Of a stretch of DNA of 64,000 nt, positions 10,772 to 23,418 are shown piece after piece. Below the pieces are notes generated by a model. That model had not been told where the DNA came from. It saw only the letters and a program-made list of their open reading frames with translations, and ran no database searches. Every line of letters begins with the position of its first letter. Position 1 is the stretch's first letter. The translations under genes and the position numbers were made by a program. This DNA comes from an uncultured Actinomycetota bacterium (GTDB taxonomy: Bacteria > Actinomycetota > Actinomycetes > JAHEKZ01): assembly GCA_963743915.1 (NCBI GenBank), contig CAVURN010000005.1:518296-582295 (forward strand), in the 5' to 3' direction.

Positions 10772-12417
10772 TCAGCCGACCAGGTCGCCGGCGAAGGACG
10801 CCGCTGCCGTGCCCGGAGGCAGGACGCTCACCGGCTCGGCGGCTCCGTCGGTGTCGACGACCACGACGTCGAGCGCCGACGGCTGAGGACGCGGAAGGCT
10901 CGAGCGGATGGCGATCACGAATGCCGACCGCCCCGGCTGGATCAGGACCGGAGTGCACAGGACGCCGTCGCGGTCCGGCACCGGCGTGACCGGCACCGGA
11001 TCGGCGACGTCCTCGTTCCACAGCACACAACGCGCGCCGTCCGGCTTGGCGTCACCCGCCAGCGAGTAGATGGTCCCGGTGGTGGCTGTCAGGTACTGCG
11101 GTGGACGCGTCGCGGACATCCCGAGCACGTCGCTGAACGAGATGGTGTCCAGCCGCAGCTCACCTCCGGAGTCGATCAGCGCCCATTCCCCGTTGGCGGC
11201 CTGTGCTGCGACGCCGACGCCTCCCCAGGCGACGTCCGTGGCCGGCCAGCTGGTGGGGATGACATCGACCGTGCCGTCCTCGGCCAGCGTCACCAGCGTC
11301 AGAGATCCGTCGCAGGCACACGCGAAGGCTCCGGAGTCCGGTGCCCATGCCAGTGCTGCGCCCTTCACCCGCGAGAACCGCGGCTCGCGGTTGGTCGGCG
11401 AGAGGTCGCGCAGCGCGTCCAACGACTCGTCACGGAGGTCGAGGAGGTAGACCCGCGGGACCGCTCGCCGTCGAAGTAGGGGCGTGGCGCCTGCACGAGC
11501 AGCAGACGGGTGCCGTCGGGGGAGAGCGAGAGGTCGGTCCATCGCCCGGCTCGCCCCAGCAGAGGGGAGTCTCGCTGATCGGCATCGCCGTCGAACCACT
11601 CGGGCGAAGGCGCGTCGCGAAACACCGTGCTCGCCAGCCCGCTGCTGCTGTCGACCACGACCGGCACGCCCTGGACCAGGTAGGCGGCGGACGCCACGTC
11701 CACCGGCTGCTCGCCGAGGTCGGGCAGGTCGGCCGGAAGCGGCAGCGCCGAGGGCAGGCCCCAGCGAGCGATCGCCGGGTCGGGTGCGGACGCCTCGGGT
11801 GCCGGATCCGGACGGAGCAGCAGCGCTGCGGTGATGCCCAGCGCGACGACGACGGCGGCACCGATCCAGGCAGCGCGCCGGCCGCTGCTCCTGGACACGG
11901 CGAGCGCCCGAGGGGCGAGGTCGCGGGGCGCGTCGGTGCGGGCCGCGTCCCGCAGCAGCTCGCCGACCGAGCTCACCGCTGCCGCATCGGTGACGCGTCG
12001 CGTGGTCCGGTCCCGCAGCTGGTCGACCTCGCCCGGCTTCATCCGGAGCAGCGCAGCGACCTCGTCGGCGTCCAGCCCCTCGAAGCTGCGCAGCACCAGG
12101 ACGGCGCGCTCGCGGCGGGTCAGCGCCCGCAGGTGGCGTCGGGCCGCAGGTTCCGCGTCATCCGCACCGTCGACGTCGTCGACGTCGAGCCCGCCGTCCT
12201 TGCGCCAGCGCGAGACGACTGCCGTGTAGAGCTCGTGACGTGCATAGCGCTCGACGTCGTCGTCTGCGGTGGCCTCGCGCCAGCGCCGCGCGGTTCGGGC
12301 GAGCGCCTCGGCCAGGACGTCCTCAGCGTCGTCGAGCGCCAGCAGCGATGCAGTCCGCATGAGGGCGGGTCCACGCGCGTCGACGAACGCCTGCAGCTCG
12401 GTGTCACGACTGGCCAT
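10772..12417 (-). CDS. ECF-sigma-like domain fused to TM helix and extracytoplasmic beta-rich domain (one frameshift near 11460)
   Basis: N-terminus AFVDARGPALMRTASLL...LTRRERAVLVLRSFEGL, then TM AWIGAAVVVALGITAALLL, then LSPDG and AWAPDS motifs. Confidence 0.7.
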
Positions 12418-12472
12418 CGGAGTGAGTACACCACGCGCTCATCTCGGGCGCTCCCCCGCGGCGCCCGAGCGG

Positions 12473-13661
12473 TTACGGGGCCGTGTCGACGTCCGCGGCG
12501 AACGACGTGGACGTGGTGCCCGCGGGGAAGGTGGTGAGCAGCTGCGGGTCGCGGCCCTTGACCAGCAGGTGGGCGTAGAGCTGGGTGGGGGGAGCCGGCT
12601 CCCCTGCTGGAGCGTCGTGCGGCCGGCTGACGAGAACGAAGTCGTTGCCGAGCGCCTGGAGGGACGAGACGGGGCCGGCCGGGAGTGGGCCCCACATCAT
12701 GCCCTTCTCCATCGGCCTTTCGAAGCCCAGGCCATAGCGTCCATCACGGGTCAGGGCGAATGCGGAGGGGTCATCCGGCGACGCCGCCAGCGTGTCAGCG
12801 TGAGCACGCGTCTGCGTCAGGTCATCCGAACCGGTCAGCAACGACCAGGGCCCACCTATCGGCTGGAGCATCGGTTCGAGCTGGACCATGACACCTGCAG
12901 CCCCCGCGCTGATCTGGGACGGGACGAGGTCAGAGATCCTGGGAGTAGAACGTGTCGAGGGGAGCGTCGCCCATGGTCAGGCTCCAGACACCCGGTTCTG
13001 CAGCGCCGCTGTCACCGTCAACACAGACGCAGTACGCCGTCTTCGAGTCCGGGGCCCAGGCCATCAGGTTGTACTCGAGCCAGGCGGACTCCGCGTAGGC
13101 GTCCGTCAGCTGGAGGTCCTCGACGCTCACCTCGGCCGTGGCGACGTCCAGCACAGCCAACCGGATACCCAGCAGTCGCTGGGACGAGTCGAAGCGCATG
13201 GCGACGAGCGCCGTCGTGCCGTCCGGCGACAGCCGCACCTCGTACGGGCGCAGCGGCATCGCGGACATGCCGCTGGCAGCGACCTCGCTCAGCTCGGAGA
13301 TGCCGTTGTAGACCGAGCCGCTCCCGTCGCTTGCGTCGACGAGCACCAGCCGGTCGTCGATCACGTACGCGACGGAGGCGGCGTCCATCGCGCCGGCCGT
13401 CAGCTCGGGCAGCCCGTCCACACCGGGCAGCTGGCTCGGAAGCGACGCCACGTCCTGCGGGCGCGGCTCGTCGCTGGTGCGCTGCATCGGTCCGAGCGCG
13501 ACTGCTCCGGCGACCAGCACCGTCACGGCTGCGATCGACCCGGCCACGGCGAGGCGTCCCTGGCGGCGTCGACGGGCGCCGGCCACGGCGCGTCCGGCCA
13601 GGTCGTGGGGCGGCTGGTCGTCGGCCGCGGACGTCATCAGCTCGCGCAGCTCGGTGGTCAT
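12473..13661 (-). CDS. Membrane-anchored ECF partner / putative anti-sigma with beta-propeller-like domain (frameshift near 12940)
   Basis: MTTELRELMTSAADDQPPHDLAGRAV-RRRR-TM; LSPDG and AWAPDSK motifs; overlaps the sigma stop. Confidence 0.7.
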
Positions 13662-14206
13662 GCGCGCACCTCCTCGGTGGTGTCGGCCGCGGGCATCGCG
13701 CGGTCGAAGGTCTCGGCGAGCTCGGGGGCCAGCTCCCGCAGTCGCGCGAGCGCGTGGCGGGTCTGGCTCTTGACGGTGCTGGTGGAGCACCGCATGGCGT
13801 GAGCGGTCTGCGTCTCGGTGAGGTCCTCGTAGAACCGCAGCACGAGCACCTGCCGCTGGCGTGGAGTCAGGCGCGACTAGTGCCTCGCGAAGCACCAGGC
13901 GCCGGTCGGCGTCCGCCCGATGTCGACGTGGCTCGCGCGGTCGGGCGTCTCGCCGAGCGACTCCTGGGCTCGACGACTGCGCCAGCGCCAGCGGTCGATG
14001 ACGACGGTGTAGAGCGCCTGGCGGACGTACGGCTCGGGGTTGCCGTCGCGCGAGATCGACGGCCACTTCAGGGCCGCCTTCGTCAGCGCCTCCTGCAGGG
14101 CGTCCTCGGCGTGGCCGCGGTCACCGGTCAGCAGCGACGCCGTGCGCATCAGCGCCGGACCTCGCGCTGCGACGAAGTCGGCGAAACCCGCGTACCGGTC
14201 GGCCAT
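13658..14206 (-). CDS. SigE-family ECF RNA polymerase sigma factor (two frameshifts near 13880-13915)
   Basis: FADFVAARGPALMRTASLLTGD..AEDALQEAL; VLVLRFYEDLTETQTAHAMRCSTSTVKSQT. Confidence 0.85.
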
Positions 14207-14263
14207 GGACGTTCCTCCCTCTCACCCCTGTATACGTCGGTGAGGGGTCGGACGGGTGGAACT

Positions 14264-14507
14264 TCAGCTGTGAGCCGTGAGGTACGTGATCAGGCCGGCG
14301 AGGCTGCGCACCTGGGGGTAGTCCTCCTCCGGCACGTCGACGCCGGTGCGCTCCTTGAGCCCCTCGATCAGGGAGAGGAAGTCGAGCGAGTCGAGGTCGA
14401 GGCCGCGTGCGCAGGTCCTCGTCCGGCTCGACGTCGTCGAGGTCGGCCTCGGGGGCGATCTGTCCGAGGATCGCGGCGACGGTGTCGCGCGCCTGGTCTG
14501 TGTTCAC
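14264..14507 (-). CDS. Acyl carrier protein (frameshift near 14405)
   Basis: [22 protein letters not shown]...LDLDSLDFLSLIEGLKERTGVDVPEEDY; DSL phosphopantetheine motif; overlaps the E2 stop. Confidence 0.82.
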
Positions 14508-15847
14508 AGCTCCTCCGGTCGTTGCAGCAGGTCGTCGACGGCCGCCAGGAAGAGGCCGCCGCGGTGGCCGTCGGTGACGCGGTGGTCGGCAGCGAGGGAC
14601 GCGGTGACGACCGGGTGCACGGCGAGCATGCCGTCCACCGCCCACGGGCGCTCGACGATCCGGCCGAAGCCCACCAGTGCCACCTGCGGCGGGTAGATGA
14701 CGCCGACCACGGACTCGACGCCCTGGTCGCCGAGGTTGGTCACGGTGATCGTCGGGTCGGACATCTCCGAGCCCTTGAGGCGTCCGGCGCGCGCGCGGGA
14801 GACCACGTCCTTCAGCGATGCCATGAGGTCGTCGAGACTGCGCTGATCGGCGTCGTGGATGGCAGGGGCGACGAGTCCGCCGCCGCGCAACGAGACGGCA
14901 ACCCCGAGGTGGACGGGCTCGCTCGGGTGGAACGCGCCGTCGGTGTAGAAGCCGTTGACCTCGGGCACCTTGCGAGCGGCGAGTGCCGTCGCCTTGAGCA
15001 GCAGCACCGCCGGCACCAGGCGCTGCTCGACACCGCGTCCGGCGTTGGTCTCGCGCATCCACTCCGTGGCGGCGCGAAGATCGATGCTCTGGGTGAGGTA
15101 GTAGTGCGGGATCTCACGCTTGCTGCGCGCCATCAGCTCACCGATGGCCGCGCGCATCGCTGCCTGCTTCGCCTTGGCCGCCGCCTTGGTGTCCGGCTTG
15201 GCGGTCGGCTTCTGCTCCGGCTTGTGCTCCGTTCGGGCAGGGGCGATGTCCGGTGCCACACGTTCGACGTCCGCGACGGTAACCGCACCCTCGCGGACCG
15301 GTGCCCGGCACCGTGGTGACGTCGACGCCCAGCTCGGACGCCCGCCTCCGCGCGAACGGTGACGCCTTCACCCGCCCCTCCCCGTCGGTACGTGCAGGCG
15401 TGGCACGAGCGGAGGTAACCGCGCCGGCCGCCTCGACGTCGGCGCGCGTCACGGTGCCGTCGGCACCGGTGCCCGTCACCGACGCCAGGTCGACGCCTCG
15501 CTCGTGCGCCAGGTGACGCACGATCGGGGACGCCACGTGCGGCTGGGCCGATGCCGGTTCCGCCGGTGCGGTCTGACCTGCGGGCGCTGCGGGCGAGCGT
15601 CTGTCGTCCCGCCGTCGCCGCTCAGCAGCGCGAGCGGCTCGCCCACGGGAACCGTCGTCCCGGGCTCGACGAGCAGCTGCTCGATGACGCCGTCCTCGAA
15701 GACCTCGATCTCGATCGCCGACTTCGCGGTGTCCACCACCGCGACGATGTCGCCGCGGTGCACCGCGTCCCCGGGCGCCACCAGCCACTCGACGAGCGTC
15801 CCCTCGTCCATGTCGGCGCCCAGTGAGGGCATCCGGAACTCACCCAC
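14504..15847 (-). CDS. pdhC: 2-oxoacid dehydrogenase E2, dihydrolipoamide acyltransferase (two frameshifts)
   Basis: Lipoyl domain [17 protein letters not shown]; two E3-binding repeats; catalytic ADHRVTDG. Confidence 0.88.
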
Positions 15848-16823
15848 CGCCCACCACCTCCTCGGCAGCGGCCACGATGCGCTCGACGCTCGGCAGCGCC
15901 GCGAGCTCGAGGTGACGCGCGTACGGGATGGGGACCTCCACCGAGCAGACCCGCCGCACGGGGGCGTCCAGGTCGTAGAAGGCGTCCTCGGCGATGCGGG
16001 CGCTGACCTCGCTGGCGAGCGACAGCGTGTGCCAGCCCTCGTCGACGACCACCGCGCGGTGCGTGCGACGCACAGAGGCCAGCACGGTGCCGATGTCGAG
16101 CGGGCGCAGCACCCGCAGGTCGATGACCTCGGCGCTGACGCCGTCCGCCGCCAGCTGGTCCGCGGCGTCCAGCGCCTTCGGCAGCGAGCCGCCGTACGTG
16201 ATCACCGAGACGTCGCTGCCCGGACGCCGCACGGCCGCCTTGGTGATGTCGTCGGGCGCGGGATCGAGCCCGTCGGCGTCCGCCTCGCCGGTGAGGTTGT
16301 AGAGCGAGCCGTGCTCGAACACCACGACCGGGTCAGGGTGCTCGAGAGCGGGCCACAGCATGCCGCGGGCGTCCGCGACAGTCGCAGGGGCGAGGACGAC
16401 CAGACCCGGGACGTGCGCGTACCAGTTCTCGAGCGAGTGCGAGTGCTGCGCCGCCAGCTGGCGTCCGGCGCCGGTCGTCATGCGGATGACCAGCGGGACG
16501 CTGAGCTGCCCGCCGCTCATGTGGTGCAGGGACGCGGCGCTGTTGACGATCTGGTCGAGCGCCAGCAGCGAGAAGTTGACCGTCATGATCTCGACGATCG
16601 GTCGCATGCCGCCGAGCGCGGCTCCGATGCCGGCACCGACGAAGCCCGACTCCGACAGCGGGGTGTCCCGGACGCGCTCGGGCCCGAACTCGTCGAGCAT
16701 GCCGAGCGAGACACCGAAGCCGCCTCCGTAGGCGCCGACGTCCTCACCCATCAGGAAGACGCGGTCGTCGCGCTTCATGGCCTCGCGCATCGCCTCACGG
16801 ATCGCCTCGCGGTAGGTGGTCAC
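15840..16823 (-). CDS. pdhB: Pyruvate dehydrogenase E1 beta subunit
   Basis: [27 protein letters not shown]. Confidence 0.93.
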   Translation of the reverse strand: MTTYREAIREAMREAMKRDDRVFLMGEDVGAYGGGFGVSLGMLDEFGPERVRDTPLSESGFVGAGIGAALGGMRPIVEIMTVNFSLLALDQIVNSAASLHHMSGGQLSVPLVIRMTTGAGRQLAAQHSHSLENWYAHVPGLVVLAPATVADARGMLWPALEHPDPVVVFEHGSLYNLTGEADADGLDPAPDDITKAAVRRPGSDVSVITYGGSLPKALDAADQLAADGVSAEVIDLRVLRPLDIGTVLASVRRTHRAVVVDEGWHTLSLASEVSARIAEDAFYDLDAPVRRVCSVEVPIPYARHLELAALPSVERIVAAAEEVVGGG

Positions 16824-17811
16824 GGGGCACCCCCAGCAGAGACCTCGGAGTGCACGAACCGGGTGAGGTCGTCGACCGGCTCGTCGGTCCCTGCATCGGC
16901 AAATGCGACGGCGTCGTCGATCTCTTCCGTGATCCCCTGCTCGAGCTCCTGCTCCTGCTCGTCGGTGAGCGATCCTTCGTCACGCAGCCGGTCGCCGAGC
17001 AGCGCCAGCGGGTCGCGGTGCCGCCACGTCTCGATCTCGGCCTTGTCGCGGTAGAGGTCGGGGTCGTACATCGAGTGGGCCCGGAAGCGGAAGGTGCGCG
17101 CCTCGAGGAAGACCGGTCCCCCGCTGTCGCGCACGAGGGCGACGGCGCGCGCCGCGGCGTCGTGGACCGCGAGGACGTCCATGCCGTCGACGCTCCACGC
17201 AGGCACCTCGTACGCCGCTGCCTTCAGCGCCAGGTTGGTCTCGGACTCCGAGCGCGCCAGCGCCGTGCCCATCGCGTACAGGTTGTTCTCGCAGACGAAC
17301 AGCACCGGCAGCTTCCACAGAGCGGCCAGGTTCATCGACTCGTGGAACTCGCCCTCGGCCATCGCGCCCTCGCCGAAGAAGCAGGCGGTCACCGTGTCGC
17401 GTCCGAGCATGTGGTCCGCCAGCGCCATGCCGACCGCCTGTGGCAGCCCGGCGGCGACGATCGCGTTGCCGCCGAAGAGCCGGTGCTCCAGGTCGAACAG
17501 GTGCATCGACCCGCCGCGGCCGCGGGAACACCCTTCGACCTTCCCGAACATCTCCGCCATCACGCTGCGCATCGGGACGCCCCGCACCAGCGCATGAGCG
17601 TGCTCGCGGTACGTGGCGAAGAGCGCGTCGTCCGGACGCAGGTGCGGCAGCGCGCCGACGGCGACGGCCTCCTCGCCGATGTACAGGTGCAGGAACCCGC
17701 GGATCTTGGTGGCGCTGTAGAGCTCGGCGCAGCGCTCCTCGAAGCGGCGGACCCGCAGCATCTGCCGGTAGAGGTCGAGCCCGAGCGCCGGGTCGACCGG
17801 TTCGGCGCGTG

Positions 17812-17815
<4 letters not shown>
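16820..17815 (-). CDS. pdhA: Pyruvate dehydrogenase E1 alpha subunit
   Basis: [21 protein letters not shown] motif FFGEGA...ENN, RFRAHS. Confidence 0.93.
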
Positions 17816-19612
<1,797 letters not shown>

Positions 19613-19824
19613 GACCCACCTCTCGACAGGACGCCTCGTCCCTCCATGGTGTCCCGCACGTGGGCCGGTGGGGGCAGGGCCGGAGGTCCCGCGTGCACCC
19701 GGACGGTTCGACGCGCGACGACGAATGTCAAGTGCCCTGGGTCGGGTGCATCAGCTGCCCGGCAGGAGCACTATGGGGTCAGGCGCCCGTGTGGCGGTGG
19801 CCCGTTGCGACTCAGGAGGTAGCC

Positions 19825-20124
19825 ATGAGCGAGAGCACCTGGTTCATCGACCCTGAGGCCGGGCCTGTCTCGGCAGAGGACGACGACAACTACGACGAGG
19901 CTTTCGGGCCGGGCGACCCGCACCCCCAGGAGGGGCGGTTGGTCGAGGACGACGAAGGCGTCCGGAGCGACACCACGTCCGAGGCCGTGGCGCACGTCGC
20001 TGTCGGTGACACGGCGTGGAAGTCGGCGGAGGAGTCGGCGGTGCACGTGGTGGACGAGATGGCGCAGAGCGCCGAGGACCTGGTCGACCTGGACGCGCTG
20101 CCGGAAGACCCCGACGAGCGCTGA
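19825..20124 (+). CDS. Small acidic protein, DUF5709-like
   Basis: GRLVEDDEG and SAEESAVHVV motifs; AGGAGG RBS. Confidence 0.7.
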   Translation: MSESTWFIDPEAGPVSAEDDDNYDEAFGPGDPHPQEGRLVEDDEGVRSDTTSEAVAHVAVGDTAWKSAEESAVHVVDEMAQSAEDLVDLDALPEDPDER

Positions 20125-20135
20125 GCCTCCCGGCA

Positions 20136-20184
20136 ACAACGTGTAGGACTCGTGGGGTCATAGGCCCACAGTTCCTACACGATG
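20136..20184. repeat. Hairpin family B, solo copy
   Basis: ACAACGTGTAGGACTCGTGGGGTCATAGGCCCACAGTTCCTACACGATGT between convergent genes. Confidence 0.9.
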
Positions 20185-20187
20185 TCG

Positions 20188-20388
20188 TCAGAGGGGGCGG
20201 ACGGAGTCGGCCTGCGGGCCCTTCTGGCCCTGGGAGATCTCGAACTCGACCCGCTGGCCGTCCTCGAGGGCGCGGAAGCCCTCCATCTGGATCTGGCTGT
20301 AGTGGACGTAGACGTCAGGACCCTCGTCGACCGCGATGAAGCCGTAGCCCTTCTCGGCGTTGAACCACTTGACCGTGCCCTGAGCCAT
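20188..20388 (-). CDS. cspA: Cold-shock protein
   Basis: [25 protein letters not shown] (RNP1/RNP2). Confidence 0.96.
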   Translation of the reverse strand: MAQGTVKWFNAEKGYGFIAVDEGPDVYVHYSQIQMEGFRALEDGQRVEFEISQGQKGPQADSVRPL

Positions 20389-20586
20389 GCGTCACTCCCC
20401 AGTCGTTTCGTCGACGATCTCGCCGACCGGCACACCGTAGTCCGATGTCCGCAGCGCAGCCTACGCCCCCCTTCGACCGTTTTGAGCGGAGGCTTGACCC
20501 CCGAGGGCCGTGTCGGCCCCGGATTCACGCCATTGGGGTAAGGAGTCCGGCCCATGGCCCGGAAGAGATTCCCCAAAGGCGTGCCG

Positions 20587-20862
20587 TCAGCCGCCGGCGA
20601 CCGCGGGGATGATCGAGATCGAGGTGCCCTCGGGGGTGGCGGTGGCCAGCCCCTCGGCGAAGCGGACGTCGTCGTCGTTCACGTAGACGTTGACGAAGCG
20701 TCGGATCGCCCCGTCGTCGTCCAGCACCCGGGCCCGGATGCCCGGGTGGGCCGCCTCGAGGGCGTCCAGCACCTCGGCGAGGCTACCGCCGTCGGCGGTC
20801 ACCTGGGCGGCGCCGCCGGTGTAGGGGCGCAGGATGGTCGGGATCCGGACGGAGACGCTCAT
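20587..20862 (-). CDS. MoaD/ThiS-family sulfur carrier protein
   Basis: MSVSVRIPTILR...FVNVYVNDDDVRF...IIPAVAGG (C-terminal di-Gly). Confidence 0.92.
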   Translation of the reverse strand: MSVSVRIPTILRPYTGGAAQVTADGGSLAEVLDALEAAHPGIRARVLDDDGAIRRFVNVYVNDDDVRFAEGLATATPEGTSISIIPAVAGG

Positions 20863-22142
20863 GCGAGGCCTTCCTGCTCGGCGAAGGCACGGAACTCTCC
20901 GTACCGGGGGCTGATGGTGACGGTGGGGGACGCCACGGGGACGACGGCGTCGAGGGTCTTGAGCCCGTCGCCGGTGTTGAGGATGACCGTCTCGGCCTCG
21001 GGGTCGAGCTCTCCGGCGCGCAGCAGCTTCTGGAGCGTTGCCACCGTGACGCCGCCGGCGGTCTCCGCGAAGATGCCCTCGGTCTCGGCGAGGAGCTGGA
21101 TGCCGGCGACGATCTCCGCGTCGGACACGTCGGCGATGGCACCGCCCGTGCGACGCGCGACGTCGATGGCGTACGGGCCGTCGGCCGGGTTGCCGATCGC
21201 CAGCGACTTGGCGATGGTGTCGGGCCGCACTGGCTGGACGACGTCGTGGCCGGCCGCCCACGCGGCGCTGACGGGCGAGCAGCCGGTGGCCTGCGCGCCG
21301 AAGACCGCGGTCGGCGCGTCCTCGACGAGCCCCAGCGCGACCAGCTCGCGGAATGCCTTGTCGACCTTGGTCATCAGCGACCCGGACGCCACCGGCGACA
21401 CCAGCTGGCGCGGCAGGCGCCAGCCGAGCTGCTCGGCCACCTCGTAGCCGACCGACTTCGAGCCCTCGGCGTAGTAGGGACGGAGGTTGACGTTGACGAA
21501 CCCCCACCCCAGGTCGCCGTAGACCTCCGAGCAGAGCCGGTTGACGTCGTCGTAGGTGCCGTCGACCGCGACGAGGGTGCCGCCGTACACCGCGGTGGTG
21601 ACGAGCTTGCCCGCCTCGAGGTCGCTCGGCGCGAAGACGCACGACTTCAGACCGGCGCGCGCGGCGGCTGCCGCAACCGCACCGGCGAGGTTGCCGGTCG
21701 AGGCGCAGCCGACCGTGGTGAACCCCAGCTGCTGAGCGGCGGTGAGGGCGACGGCGACGACCCGGTCCTTGAACGAGTGCGTGGGGTTGCCGCTGTCGTC
21801 CTTGACCCACAGCGCCTTCATCCCGAGGGCGCGCGCGAGGTTGTCGGCCTTGACCAGCTTCGTCATGCCGGGGGCGAGGTTCTTGCGGGACGCGACGTCA
21901 GCCGGGACGGGCAGCAGCGGGGCGTAGCGCCACATCGACAGCGGGCCGGTCTCGATGTCTGCGTGCGTGACGGTGCCGAAGTCGTAGCCGATCTCGAGCG
22001 GGCCGAAGCATTCCAGGCACGCGTACGAGTCGCCGAGCGGGGCGGTGGCCCCGCACTCGCGGCACACGAGCTCGCGAGCGGGGCCGAACGGGCGGTCCTG
22101 CGCGCCCACGGCGGAAGCCGGGGCATCCAGTGATGCGGTCAT
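20859..22142 (-). CDS. thrC: Threonine synthase-like PLP enzyme with N-terminal Zn ribbon
   Basis: CRECG..CLECFG; NPTHSFKDR (PLP Lys); ASTGNLA; TGDGLK. Confidence 0.9.
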   Translation of the reverse strand: MTASLDAPASAVGAQDRPFGPARELVCRECGATAPLGDSYACLECFGPLEIGYDFGTVTHADIETGPLSMWRYAPLLPVPADVASRKNLAPGMTKLVKADNLARALGMKALWVKDDSGNPTHSFKDRVVAVALTAAQQLGFTTVGCASTGNLAGAVAAAAARAGLKSCVFAPSDLEAGKLVTTAVYGGTLVAVDGTYDDVNRLCSEVYGDLGWGFVNVNLRPYYAEGSKSVGYEVAEQLGWRLPRQLVSPVASGSLMTKVDKAFRELVALGLVEDAPTAVFGAQATGCSPVSAAWAAGHDVVQPVRPDTIAKSLAIGNPADGPYAIDVARRTGGAIADVSDAEIVAGIQLLAETEGIFAETAGGVTVATLQKLLRAGELDPEAETVILNTGDGLKTLDAVVPVASPTVTISPRYGEFRAFAEQEGLA

Positions 22143-22154
22143 GCGGAGACACTC

Positions 22155-22282
22155 CTCATCTCTCCCGCACCGGGCGGTGCGGGCCGGATTTGGCACCTGC
22201 CCGCGTCCGAAGAGTTCGTCTCCGCGTGACCGGGGGGTTGCCGGGGCTTCATCGGGCCGATCCCTCTGCCCCTCGTGATGAG
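22155..22282 (-). ncRNA. SAM-I (S-box) riboswitch
   Basis: Minus strand CTCATCACGAGGGGCAGAGGGATCGGCCCGATGAAGCCCCGGCAACC...GGTGCCAAATCC...GATGAG; the P1 3' strand overlaps the GAGGAG RBS. Confidence 0.93.
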
Positions 22283-22456
22283 CGGTATGAAGTTGTCCTG
22301 CGAGTTGTTGAGCGTTGTGCCGTGCGATTTGCCGGGGGCCACGCGATCGGCGAGGCTCGACAGGGGTACGAGGGTAACGGACGCCGTGCTCGGCCGGGAA
22401 ACACAGTCCACCGGGCGAGACGGTCGTGCGGTACGCAGACCAGCTGAGGAGGCTTG

Positions 22457-23418
22457 ATGGACGCCGATGTCGCGCAGTGGTTCGCGCGTCGCTCCTCGCG
22501 CGCCCGCGACTGGCCGCTCGACCTGCTCGCCGCCGCCAAGGCGACACGACGGTCAGCGTCGTGCTGCCGGCGCTCGACGAGGAGTCCACCGTCGGGGCCA
22601 TCGTCGAGACCGTCCGGCGGCAGCTGATGACGGGCCCGCACCCCCTGGTCGACGAGCTCGTCGTCCTCGACTCGGGATCGACCGACGACACCGCAGCCGT
22701 CGCCCGCGCGGCCGGCGCACGCGTCGTCCACCGCGACGCGGTGCTGCCCGAGGTGCCCTCCGTGACGGGAAAGGGCGAGGCGCTGTGGCGGTCACTGGCG
22801 GCCACCTCCGGAGACGTCGTGGTGTTCGTCGACGCCGACCTGACGGCGTTCCACGCCTGCTTCGTCACCGGCCTGCTCGGACCGCTGCTGACCGACCCAT
22901 CGGTCGCCTTCGTCAAGGCGATGTACGACCGACCGCTCGCCAGTGGCGAGGTCGTGCACCCAGCGGGGGGTGGACGCGTCACCGAGCTGGTCGCACGTCC
23001 GCTGCTCAACCTGCACTGGCCCCGACTGGCGGGTTTCGTCCAGCCGCTCGCCGGCGAGTACGCAGCCCGACGCTCGCTGCTGGAGCGCCTCCCGTTCGCG
23101 ACCGGGTACGGCGTCGAGCTGGCCCTGCTGATCGACACCCTGCACACCGTCGGCCTCGACGCCATGGCCCAGGTGGATCTCGGCGAACGCCGCCACCGCC
23201 ACCACGACGACCTGCGTCTCGGCCGGATGGCCGCTGAGATCTGGCAGACCGCGCTGTCGAGGCTGCACCGCGACGGCGAGCCACAGATCGTGCAGTCGAC
23301 GATGACCCAGTTCGTGCGCGACGCGTCCGACTACCTCCCGGTCACCCGAGAGGTCGCCGCCCTCGAGCGGCCACCGCTGCTCAGCGTGGTCGGCGACGAC
23401 CGGAGGAGCAGCCGATGA
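22457..23418 (+). CDS. gpgS: Glucosyl-3-phosphoglycerate synthase (frameshift near 22540)
   Basis: VSVVLPALDEE, GKGEALWRSL, FVDADL, GGRVTELVARP, QPLAGEYA, GYGVE. Confidence 0.9.

Noticed and set aside
12269-15319. Long alternative ORFs (e.g. 1016 aa at 12269-15319 +, 665 aa at 6777-8774 +)
   Set aside because: They are antisense shadows of real genes, typical of high-GC DNA, with no coherent motifs.
20389-20580. cspA-type RNA thermosensor leader
   Set aside because: The position is plausible, but the structure and transcription start cannot be supported by eye.
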